Assembly (NCBI GenBank): GCA_017993575.1
Contig: JAGOML010000002.1
Coordinates: 4,806-68,805 of the forward strand
Source: Anaerolineaceae bacterium
GTDB taxonomy: Bacteria; Chloroflexota; Anaerolineae; Anaerolineales; Anaerolineaceae
Reading direction: 5' to 3'
DNA: 64,000 bases
Numbering within the stretch: the stretch's first letter is position 1; every line of letters begins with the position of its first letter. A program made the translations under genes and the position numbers. Below the pieces are notes generated by a model, which made no database searches, had not been told where the DNA came from, and saw only the letters and a program-made list of their open reading frames with translations. Positions 56,235 through 64,000 of the stretch are shown here, one piece after another.

Positions 56235-57344
56235 TTATCGTGGATCAGGAAGGAATCCCAAAATTGTCCGCGGAAAACTATCCGAGACAACCAAAAAACC
56301 AATGTCATCCAAGCGCGCCAAACCTTCCCAATTGCGGGAACTGCCATCGAAGGTCAGCTTAAGGTAGATTGGCGGCTGGTCAAGCAGAATTATTTGACCA
56401 TCTTTGATTGCTAAAGTAATGATTCTCTCCACCCGATCAGAGCGCTGGTGAGAACCTCCTTCTCCAAAGCGTTCTGAAATGGCATCGGAACTTGCCCGAA
56501 GATGGACATCCCCAGTGTAAAAGTAATTCATCACCCAAAAGGTGCCATCTGGCAGGGCTTCGGCAGCATCGGTTACCCGATATTCAATCGCGGGAAATTC
56601 CAGCACCGGTAACGGATTTAGGTTCTGATCAAAAACGCGGGCAAAAGCGCCGGGATTAAGCTCAGCGCCGTTATCTTCGAAAATTGTGTAAATCGCGTTG
56701 TTATAAACCACAAGGCTTTCATCGCTCGCGTTTTTAAATTTGGTTTGCGGGCTGAGCGGCACAAGCTTCTGTAAGTCCAATTTAATAGAGCTTCCGTCTT
56801 CCCCGACTGTCCCGACTGCCAGGTAACCCATCATAGCGCTGCCGGCGTTGGTTTCAATAGTGACGTAAACACGCTCCTCTGAGAAGGCAATAGCTTCGTA
56901 TCCTTCAAATCCTGGCAAACTTTCGGAAAGCCCGTCATCCTCAAAGCGGAGGGTGCCGACTTCGATCGGAGCTTCATTATCGGAGGAGAGGTACGCCATC
57001 AAGGTCGTTTTGGAAATAGTGACCAACAGACCTTCGCCGTCCTGCCCCAATCTGCCTGGGTACTGTGGGAGCAATACCAGGGTTTCCCCCCACCAGGCTA
57101 AGCCAGAAAATTCCATTTTTGCGGCGTTATACGGCTCGGGCAGGAGAATTTCGCGAACTTCCACCTCGCTTAGTCCAGCAAGGGCTCCCGTGAGCGCAGT
57201 GAAATCTTTCACAACGGGAGATGGCGTGAGGACAGAATTAACGGGAGCATTTGTTTCTTTCTGGATTGCTATGTTATTGCTACACGCATTAGCTATTAGA
57301 ACAAAGGTAAAGATCAGGAATTTTGGGAGAAGATTTTTCATCAA
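56235..57344 (-). CDS. Secreted hypothetical protein (possible phytase-like/esterase beta-propeller), co-transcribed with the nuclease gene
   Basis: The N-terminal signal (MMKNLLPKFLIFTFVLIANAC) is followed by a beta-rich sequence. 4-nt overlap with the upstream nuclease gene. The family call is tentative. Confidence 0.5.
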   Translation of the reverse strand: MMKNLLPKFLIFTFVLIANACSNNIAIQKETNAPVNSVLTPSPVVKDFTALTGALAGLSEVEVREILLPEPYNAAKMEFSGLAWWGETLVLLPQYPGRLGQDGEGLLVTISKTTLMAYLSSDNEAPIEVGTLRFEDDGLSESLPGFEGYEAIAFSEERVYVTIETNAGSAMMGYLAVGTVGEDGSSIKLDLQKLVPLSPQTKFKNASDESLVVYNNAIYTIFEDNGAELNPGAFARVFDQNLNPLPVLEFPAIEYRVTDAAEALPDGTFWVMNYFYTGDVHLRASSDAISERFGEGGSHQRSDRVERIITLAIKDGQIILLDQPPIYLKLTFDGSSRNWEGLARLDDIGFLVVSDSFPRTILGFLPDPR

Positions 57345-59209
57345 TCAAATTTAAGCACAGCATAAGCGGGGTCGTGATCAGAAACACGGAAACCCGGCAC
57401 GTTCTCAGAATTCAAGTGCAGCACATCGAAATAACTAACTTTATACGAAAGCGCAACACTCACGAGAATGTGGTCGAGAACCTGCCCGTTGCCCTCGTGG
57501 ATGTATGTATACCGCTCATTTTCCGGCAGCAAAGTAATCAAATTGACCAGGGCGCCAGCCTGAAGTTGCTCTATTGGCGGACTCCAGGCAAAATCGTTTA
57601 AATCCCCCAGAACAATAACATTGGCGTTGGGGTCAATAGCCAGGATGTTTCGTACAAAAGCATTAATCTCTCGCGCTTGGTCAAGCCGCTGTCTTTCACT
57701 CACCAGCGGTGGCGGCTGCTGGTCGCCAAACAAGGGACCATCCTCCCCTTTGGAGTTAAGATGGCAAACAATGACGAAAACATCCTGGTCCAAAAATCGA
57801 AACTGCGCGGCGAGAGGTTTTCGGCTGTCCCTGAACGCGTAAGATTGCGGACTGACACGTCCGGGGTTGAGTGACAATATGGGTTTTCCGGCCTTGTTCA
57901 ACACCTGGTTAGCGCTGGCTGTGTCTCCTGCCTGCGCGTTGATCGCGCTCAGACCCCGGTCCTCACGATAAAGGAGCACGACCCGGATATTACCGCCGTT
58001 AACACCTCCATCCGCGTTCCTCAGCGGGTCAATCGAAAGCGCGCGATAGTCGGGTCCGCCTAGCTGCTTGACCTTCTGGATCAGCTTGTTTATGTTCCCG
58101 GCAGCTGAAGTCTGAGCAGAATCGAGCTCACCGTCGTCATCCTGAATTTCTTGCAGCGCGATGATATCCGGACTGCGCAGATTCTTGACGATGTGCTCCG
58201 CAAATGTTGAAAGCCTTTCAGGAGCAATCATGGGATTAAAATTCGCCACATTATAAGTGGCCACAGCCAGCTCATTTTCCCCGAGCTGGTAGCTGACAGA
58301 CTCCTCTGGGTTTTTCCCCTGTTCAAAACGCAGCTTTTGGGTTGGCTGGAGCTTGAAATTGCCATAGCTGTAGTCCATGATCCCGATAATTGGCGCTGTA
58401 AAACGCGCACCCACGCGAATAGTCGGCATGTTAATGAAGGCGTCATCCAATATGATGCGCTCCGGGTTAGCATCGTCCTGGCGCAGCACTAGCACATTCC
58501 GGGCTGAAAGGATGCTGGCATTCTTTCCGAGGTCAGCTACAACCGTCACTTCGTTATAAGAGGAGGTCGACGACACCGCCAAGGCATCATTGACCTGGAC
58601 GCGCATCCCTTCCAGGCTCTCGAAGAAATCCAGACCATCCTGGGCGGGGTCAAACTCCCCATTTCTGCTGGCATAACCATTCACGTCATTTTCGATAACA
58701 TAGTTGGGAATCCTTCGCCCGGTTTCTCCTATCACTATTGCTTCCGGTAAAGGGTTACCGCTGGATAGCACAACGTAAGAAGCCTGGAAAAGCTCAGTAC
58801 GCGTCAGTGAATTCTCTCCCAAACCAGCCGGGTTATACTCCCGAACTTTTGCCTGGTTTATTATTACCAAATCGCCAACTCTAACACCACCAAACGCGTT
58901 CGCGGATACAAAAAGCGCCTCTGAGGTGCGCTCATCCTCATCCGGCACGGGTTCCTGCAGGTAAAAACCGCTGCCGGTGATGGCAGTGACAATGCCTTCC
59001 ACGCCCGATATACTTTTGCCGTCATATGGCGAGCGGTGCTGCGCGCCCTGAAGCTCATGGATGCGTAATATGCTCAGGTCTTGCATCGCAGCAGTGTCGG
59101 TTCGCGTGGGCGTTGGCTGAACTGTTTCCGTTGAACTTCTGCAGGCAGCAAGCAGTAAACAGCTTAGCAAGCCGAGAAAAAGAATTTTATTCCGCCAGCT
59201 TTTTTCCAT
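57341..59209 (-). CDS. ExeM/NucH-type extracellular endonuclease (OB-like N-domain plus endonuclease/exonuclease/phosphatase domain), lipoprotein
   Basis: The internal ATG at 59209 gives MEKSWRNKILFLGLLSCLLLAAC. IHELQGAQHRSPYDGKSISGVEGIVTAITGSGFYLQEP matches the ExeM/NucH N-domain. EEP motifs are VATYNVANF, ALQEIQDD and SDHDP. Confidence 0.8.
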   Translation of the reverse strand: MEKSWRNKILFLGLLSCLLLAACRSSTETVQPTPTRTDTAAMQDLSILRIHELQGAQHRSPYDGKSISGVEGIVTAITGSGFYLQEPVPDEDERTSEALFVSANAFGGVRVGDLVIINQAKVREYNPAGLGENSLTRTELFQASYVVLSSGNPLPEAIVIGETGRRIPNYVIENDVNGYASRNGEFDPAQDGLDFFESLEGMRVQVNDALAVSSTSSYNEVTVVADLGKNASILSARNVLVLRQDDANPERIILDDAFINMPTIRVGARFTAPIIGIMDYSYGNFKLQPTQKLRFEQGKNPEESVSYQLGENELAVATYNVANFNPMIAPERLSTFAEHIVKNLRSPDIIALQEIQDDDGELDSAQTSAAGNINKLIQKVKQLGGPDYRALSIDPLRNADGGVNGGNIRVVLLYREDRGLSAINAQAGDTASANQVLNKAGKPILSLNPGRVSPQSYAFRDSRKPLAAQFRFLDQDVFVIVCHLNSKGEDGPLFGDQQPPPLVSERQRLDQAREINAFVRNILAIDPNANVIVLGDLNDFAWSPPIEQLQAGALVNLITLLPENERYTYIHEGNGQVLDHILVSVALSYKVSYFDVLHLNSENVPGFRVSDHDPAYAVLKFD

Positions 59210-59290
59210 AAACCACCATAGCAGGTAGTATACCCGGTCTGACACCCGCCTTGCCATCCCTGCTGACACAGATTGGGTTAGAATTACAGC

Positions 59291-59986
59291 ATGGAAATTC
59301 AAATAGCAATCGCAAAAGTGGACCGGTTTTCGTCTCCGGAACAAGGCGACCAGGTGGAAATTGTGGAGCGGCCAAATGGCGGCGTTTCTGTCATCCTGGG
59401 CGAAGGGAAACTTAACGGGAACCGGTCCAGATTTGTGGCGCGGAAAGCGGTCCACCGCGTGCTTTCGCTCTTACTCGAAGGCATCCACGACGGGGCAGCT
59501 TCCCGCGCGGTTCTCTCAGCTCTCAAAACTGAGTATCACAATGAAGCTGAGTTAAGCTTGAGCATTCTTTCCTGCGATCTGGAAAGCGAGACGCTTGTCC
59601 TTACCAAAAACAACGATCTGCCGGTCATCATGATTCGCAAGAGCGAGGGAAGCTACACCAGTTATGAAGGCCGCGACGAAGTCAATCCTTTGCAGCCCAA
59701 CGTGTACCAATTCCCAATTGAAAACAATTTTATTATTATCATGTTTTCAGATGGCGTCGCCACGGCCGGATGGGATTGCAGCCAGCCGCTCGAGTGGAGT
59801 TCCCTGATGGAATCAGTACTGGACGAACAGGAATTAACAGTTCACGAAATAGCCGATCAGGTGCTAAACCAAGCTATTGCCCAGGATTTAGGGCAACCGC
59901 ATGATGATATGGCGGTTGTCGTTGTGCAGGTCGGCAGGAAAACCGGAAAACCCATTCGGCGGATGTCCCTAACACTGCCTTTATAA
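59291..59986 (+). CDS. Minimal PP2C/SpoIIE-type protein phosphatase
   Basis: 231 aa. GDQVEIVE.., LSILSCDLESETLVLTKNNDLPVIMIR, IIIMFSDGV and HDDMAVVVVQV are typical SpoIIE/PPM-fold metal-ligand segments. Confidence 0.65.
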   Translation: MEIQIAIAKVDRFSSPEQGDQVEIVERPNGGVSVILGEGKLNGNRSRFVARKAVHRVLSLLLEGIHDGAASRAVLSALKTEYHNEAELSLSILSCDLESETLVLTKNNDLPVIMIRKSEGSYTSYEGRDEVNPLQPNVYQFPIENNFIIIMFSDGVATAGWDCSQPLEWSSLMESVLDEQELTVHEIADQVLNQAIAQDLGQPHDDMAVVVVQVGRKTGKPIRRMSLTLPL

Positions 59987-59999
59987 CCAAGGAGAAAAA

Positions 60000-61031
60000 A
60001 TGCGAGAGGAAGTTGTTCTCATTACCGGAGCAAATGGAGAAATCGGCCACGGATTAATCCGCCACATATCGGCCATGAATTGTCCGATTGTCGCGATTGA
60101 CGTAAATCCTCTCGATAAGCCTCTGCGGTCTATGGTCGCGAAATGGATTGTGGGCGATATTCTCGATCAAATCCTGCTTGGCAGGCTTGTGGTGGAACAT
60201 CAGATCCGCACGATTTATCATCTTGCATCCATTCTCTCGACAAAAGCCGAATACAACCCGGAAACTGCCCATCGTATCAATGTTGAAGGAACGCTGAACC
60301 TGCTTCGGCTGGCGGTGGAACAATCGCAGTGGCAGGGGAATTCCGTTAAATTTATCTACCCAAGCTCCATCGCAGCTTATGGGATGGACTCGCTGGCCTG
60401 TAAAACGCAGGTTGGTAAGGTCAAAGAGACCCAGTACACCTTCCCAACCACCATGTACGGCTGCAACAAGCTCTACTGCGAGCACCTTGGGCGCTATTAC
60501 AGCACGCATTACCGCCAACTTGCCGCGGATTTCGCTTCTGGACCAACGGTCGATTTTCGCTGCCTGCGTTTTCCCGGGCTCATCAGCGCGGAAACAATCC
60601 CAACCGGCGGCACCAGCGATTACGGTCCCGAAATGCTGCACGCGGCCGCGAAGGGGTCGCCGTATAACTGTTTCGTCCGGCCAGACACCCGCTTGCCCTT
60701 TATGGTCATGCCGGACGCGATAAAATCTTTGATCATGCTCGAGGAAGTTGAGCGCGAAAAGCTCTCCCAGTTTGTCTATAACGTGACCAGTTTCAACCCA
60801 ACTGCTCTGGAAATCTATGAAATCACGACCAAAGCCTTTCCCGGCGCGCGCATCGGGTTTGAAGTTGACCAGCGCAGACAGAAGATTGTTGACTCCTGGC
60901 CGGAAGACGTGGACGACAGCGCTGCCCGCCGGGATTGGGGCTGGCAGCCCGATTACGACCAGGAACGCGCCTTTGGAGAATATCTGATCCCTGCCATCCG
61001 CAAGCAATACACTGAGCTTGCCAACCCGTAA
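60000..61031 (+). CDS. NAD-dependent epimerase/dehydratase family protein (L-threonine 3-dehydrogenase-like)
   Basis: ITGANGEIGHGL Rossmann motif and YGCNKLYCE (YxxxK). Confidence 0.85.
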   Translation: MREEVVLITGANGEIGHGLIRHISAMNCPIVAIDVNPLDKPLRSMVAKWIVGDILDQILLGRLVVEHQIRTIYHLASILSTKAEYNPETAHRINVEGTLNLLRLAVEQSQWQGNSVKFIYPSSIAAYGMDSLACKTQVGKVKETQYTFPTTMYGCNKLYCEHLGRYYSTHYRQLAADFASGPTVDFRCLRFPGLISAETIPTGGTSDYGPEMLHAAAKGSPYNCFVRPDTRLPFMVMPDAIKSLIMLEEVEREKLSQFVYNVTSFNPTALEIYEITTKAFPGARIGFEVDQRRQKIVDSWPEDVDDSAARRDWGWQPDYDQERAFGEYLIPAIRKQYTELANP

Positions 61032-61087
61032 GATCCGGTTTACTATTTTGTCTATTCCAGAACACAGGAACAAACCGAGGACCAATT

Positions 61088-61312
61088 ATGCCAATCTATG
61101 AATATCAGTGCCGGCAATGCGGCACGCTTTTTGAACTAATCCGCACTTACAGCCAGGCAGACTTGCCGGCAGAGTGTCCGCACTGCGCATGTTCGGAAAG
61201 CCGGCGCGAACTCTCCAAAGTGAACGCCTTTAGCGGCGGAAAAAGCCTGACCGATTCTGGTCATTCCTGCGGCAGCTGCTCTGGCGGCAGCTGCAATACC
61301 TGTGGACACTGA
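61088..61312 (+). CDS. FmdB-family zinc-ribbon protein
   Basis: MPIYEYQCRQCGTLFE..CPHCA, followed by a Cys/Gly/Ser-rich tail. Confidence 0.8.
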   Translation: MPIYEYQCRQCGTLFELIRTYSQADLPAECPHCACSESRRELSKVNAFSGGKSLTDSGHSCGSCSGGSCNTCGH

Positions 61313-61314
61313 TT

Positions 61315-62175
61315 ATGAAAAACCTCAATGGAAAACTTGCACTGATTACTGGCGGATCCAGCGGAATTGGTCTCGCGTTGGCATGCGAACTTTTCGCTCA
61401 AGGGATGTCCGTAGCGATTCTAGCGCGGGGGCAGCAGCGCTTGGATGAAGCTGTTACTAAAATTGAACATTTCCGACGTGATGTTTCACAAAAAATTATC
61501 CCCATCACTGCTAATGTCGCCGACAGCGCTGCAATCAAGCAAACCATCCATGATTTAGTCAGCTCGCATGGCCTGCCAGATCTCTTGATAAACTGCGCCG
61601 GGGTTGCCAAATCCAGTTACGCGGAGATGACTCCACTAGAGGACTTCCGTTGGATTATGGATATCGATTTCCACGGCACGGTAAATGTGACCCAGACCCT
61701 GCTGCCGGATTTCATTGGCCGGGGCAGCGGTCACATTGTAAATATTTCGTCACTAGCAGGCGTAATTGGCATGTTTGGCTACACAGCCTACAGCGGCGCG
61801 AAATTTGCAGTCAAAGGTTACACAGACGTCCTCCGCTCAGAGATGAAACCTTACGGAGTCGATGTTTCTTGCGTTTTTCCCCCGGATACAGACACACCTC
61901 AGCTTGCCTGGGAAAACCAGTTCAAACCCTTTGAAACGCACATGATCGCAGGCTCAGACAAACCTTTCCCGGCGGAAAAGGTCGCAAAAAGCATTGTTCT
62001 TGGTGTCCAGAAAAACAAATACATCATTGTTCCGGGTCTGGAAGCCAAGCTTTTTTACTTTCTGGCAACGCACCTGGGCGGTCTGGTTTACACTGTGCTG
62101 GATATACTGGTAAAAAATGCAATAAAAAAGAAGGTCGCTGTACAGGGCGCCCAAACCGAAAAGCACAGTCGGTAA
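61315..62175 (+). CDS. SDR family oxidoreductase (3-ketosphinganine-reductase-like), hydrophobic C-terminus
   Basis: ITGGSSGIGLAL and YSGAKFAVKG motifs. Starts 2 nt after the FmdB stop. Confidence 0.85.
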   Translation: MKNLNGKLALITGGSSGIGLALACELFAQGMSVAILARGQQRLDEAVTKIEHFRRDVSQKIIPITANVADSAAIKQTIHDLVSSHGLPDLLINCAGVAKSSYAEMTPLEDFRWIMDIDFHGTVNVTQTLLPDFIGRGSGHIVNISSLAGVIGMFGYTAYSGAKFAVKGYTDVLRSEMKPYGVDVSCVFPPDTDTPQLAWENQFKPFETHMIAGSDKPFPAEKVAKSIVLGVQKNKYIIVPGLEAKLFYFLATHLGGLVYTVLDILVKNAIKKKVAVQGAQTEKHSR

Positions 62176-62184
62176 AATGTCCGT

Positions 62185-64000
62185 ATGGATATTGATGAGC
62201 TCCTCAGCATCTGGCAGCAAGACCCGGAGTTTGTCCGAAATACCACCTGCTGGCAAATAGCTCCGCCAACTGCGCCCAGCTTCGAGAATTTTCCGGAAAA
62301 TTTACCAGAGCACCTGGTCTGGAACCTGACACAGCGTGGTATCAGCCAGCTGTACAGCCATCAGGCGCAAGCGCTTGAGAAAATTGCTGCCGGTCAGCAT
62401 GTGGTCATCAGCACCGGCACTGCCAGTGGAAAAACCCTTTGTTACGACATCCCGGTCATTCAAACGCTTCTGCAAGATAGCTCGGCGCGCGCGCTCTACC
62501 TCTTTCCCACCAAAGCCCTGGCGCAGGACCAGCTGCGGCTTCTGAAAGACTTATGTTCTGCGCCTGATGGAGCGCTCAGACCCAGCCCGGCCATCTACGA
62601 CGGCGATACCCCAGCGCAGCATCGGCCGGAGATTCGGAAAAACGCGGACATCATCATTACCAATCCGGACATGCTGCACCAGGGCATCCTCCCGCATCAC
62701 ACCATCTGGCGGAAATTTTTCGCGGGGCTCAGATATGTGGTTATTGACGAAATGCATACCTACCGCGGCGTGTTTGGCTCGCACGTTGCCAATGTTATCC
62801 GCAGGCTGAAGCGGGTGGCGGCATTCTACCATTCCTATCCGCAGTTTATTCTCACTTCCGCGACAATTGGTAACCCGGAAGAACTTGCCGAAAAGCTAAT
62901 TGAAAGCCCCGCCGCGCTGATTGACGTGGACGGCTCCCCGCACGGTAGAAGGCACTTCCTGGTTTACAATCCTCCCCTTGTGAACGAGCAGTTGGGCTTG
63001 CGCGCCAGCAGCCTGCAGACCGGCATCCACTTCACCAGGAAGCTGCTCGCGAATAATTTCCAAAGCTTGGTTTTTGCCCGTTCCCGGCGCAGCGTGGAAA
63101 TGATTCTGGCTTATCTCTACGACAGCTTGCCGAGAGAGATGCGCGCGCGTATTCGCGGATACCGTTCCGGATATCTTAAAAGTGACCGCCGAGAAATCGA
63201 AGCAGGGTTCAAGGAAGGCTCCATCAAAGCCGTAGTCGCCACGTCCGCGCTTGAGTTAGGCATCGATATTGGCAGCCTGGAATCCGTAATTCTGGTCGGT
63301 TACCCGGGTTCTATCGCGACCACACGCCAGCGCGCTGGCCGGGCGGGGCGCCGGCAGCAAGCTTCATTAGCCATGTTTATTGCCTCCCCAGAAGCCATGG
63401 ACCAATATCTGGCAAATCATCCTGAGTACATCACTGAGAAGTCGCCTGAGGACGCGCTGCTCGATCCCAACAATTACGCGATCCTGATGCAGCACTTGCA
63501 GTGTGCCGCTTTCGAGCTGCCTTTCCTGGCAGATGACCACTACGGCAGCCTCCCCGCAGATTTGCTTCAAGCTTTTCTGGGGATTCTGGTTCAATCGGGC
63601 GTGCTGCATCTGCAAAATGGCAAGTATTTCTGGATTGCAGATCAGTTTGCCGCTGGCAGCGTTTCATTACGCAGCAGCACGCCAAATGTCATCACATTGC
63701 GCGTCGGTTCAGGGGATTCCTCACAGGTAATTGGGGAAATCGACGCGGCCAGCGCGAAGTGGCTGGTGCATCCGGAGGCTATTTATCTTCAGGAAGCGGA
63801 AACGTACGAAGTGCAAACGCTGGACCTGGAGAAGGGTGTATGCCTGCTGGAGCCGACGCAATCAGAGTATTACACGATTCCAAACGTATCAACTACCATC
63901 GAAGCTTTCATGCCCCACCAACAAAAATCCTTCTCAACCTATGCGAACACTTATGGGGACCTGAGCCTGCGTTTGGAAGTCAACAGCTATCGCAAAATTC
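62185..64000 (+). CDS. DEAD/DEAH-box helicase, MrfA/YprA-like (5' part; runs off the window end)
   Basis: Not in the ORF track because there is no stop. My own translation from ATG at 62185: MDIDELLSIWQQDPEF..VVISTGTASGKTLCYDIPV..LFPTKALAQDQ..VIDEMHTYRG. The frame stays open to base 63999. Confidence 0.85.
   Translation, partial: MDIDELLSIWQQDPEFVRNTTCWQIAPPTAPSFENFPENLPEHLVWNLTQRGISQLYSHQAQALEKIAAGQHVVISTGTASGKTLCYDIPVIQTLLQDSSARALYLFPTKALAQDQLRLLKDLCSAPDGALRPSPAIYDGDTPAQHRPEIRKNADIIITNPDMLHQGILPHHTIWRKFFAGLRYVVIDEMHTYRGVFGSHVANVIRRLKRVAAFYHSYPQFILTSATIGNPEELAEKLIESPAALIDVDGSPHGRRHFLVYNPPLVNEQLGLRASSLQTGIHFTRKLLANNFQSLVFARSRRSVEMILAYLYDSLPREMRARIRGYRSGYLKSDRREIEAGFKEGSIKAVVATSALELGIDIGSLESVILVGYPGSIATTRQRAGRAGRRQQASLAMFIASPEAMDQYLANHPEYITEKSPEDALLDPNNYAILMQHLQCAAFELPFLADDHYGSLPADLLQAFLGILVQSGVLHLQNGKYFWIADQFAAGSVSLRSSTPNVITLRVGSGDSSQVIGEIDAASAKWLVHPEAIYLQEAETYEVQTLDLEKGVCLLEPTQSEYYTIPNVSTTIEAFMPHQQKSFSTYANTYGDLSLRLEVNSYRKI

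Noticed and set aside
59210-59455. 82-aa N-terminal extension of the nuclease ORF
   Set aside because: The extension would overlap the divergent phosphatase gene. The internal ATG at 59209 yields a canonical lipoprotein signal peptide.
60054-61085. 343-aa minus-strand ORF mirroring the epimerase gene
   Set aside because: The plus-strand frame carries the Rossmann GxxGxxG and YxxxK motifs. The antisense product has no motif and no start context.

Overview
Dense, mostly housekeeping bacterial chromosome segment: about 58 CDS, 3 tRNAs and one tmRNA. I found no rRNA, CRISPR array, transposase or integrase. By gene content and protein style it looks like a Chloroflexota/Anaerolineae-type genome, but that is inference only. 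Recognisable blocks, in order: (1) pterin genes (PTR1-like SDR, folB, folE) wrapped around a glycosyltransferase; (2) hpf-comF; (3) an SPFH/HTH two-gene module; (4) sucCD, an ACP and fni; (5) an envelope-glycan module (O-antigen-ligase-like, Wzz-like, GT-C); (6) typA and pdp; (7) the rpmH-rnpA-yidD-yidC-jag cluster, interrupted by a beta-propeller lipoprotein gene; (8) mtaB and glnA, with a 584-bp non-coding region upstream of glnA; (9) thpR-rsfS and bcp; (10) a 899-aa beta-helix surface protein; (11) gyrB-dinB; (12) ADP-forming acetyl-CoA synthetase; (13) a translationally coupled helicase-like / UvrD helicase / Cas4-type Fe-S nuclease triad; (14) an FAH-radical SAM (TIGR03960-like)-TIGR03936-like-HIT operon; (15) ligA; (16) tmRNA; (17) a same-strand run of extracellular nuclease, secreted partner and CUT1-type ABC importer; (18) an MrfA/YprA-like helicase running off the 3' end. 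The best candidate for an undescribed system is the three-gene helicase/helicase/stand-alone nuclease locus at 40735-45866. Secondary candidates are the SPFH-HTH module (5134-6739), the structured 584-bp glnA upstream region, the possible pterin-glycoside cluster (281-3431), the beta-propeller gene inside the YidC operon, and the nuclease-ABC locus. All family assignments come from motif recognition by eye. No database search was run.
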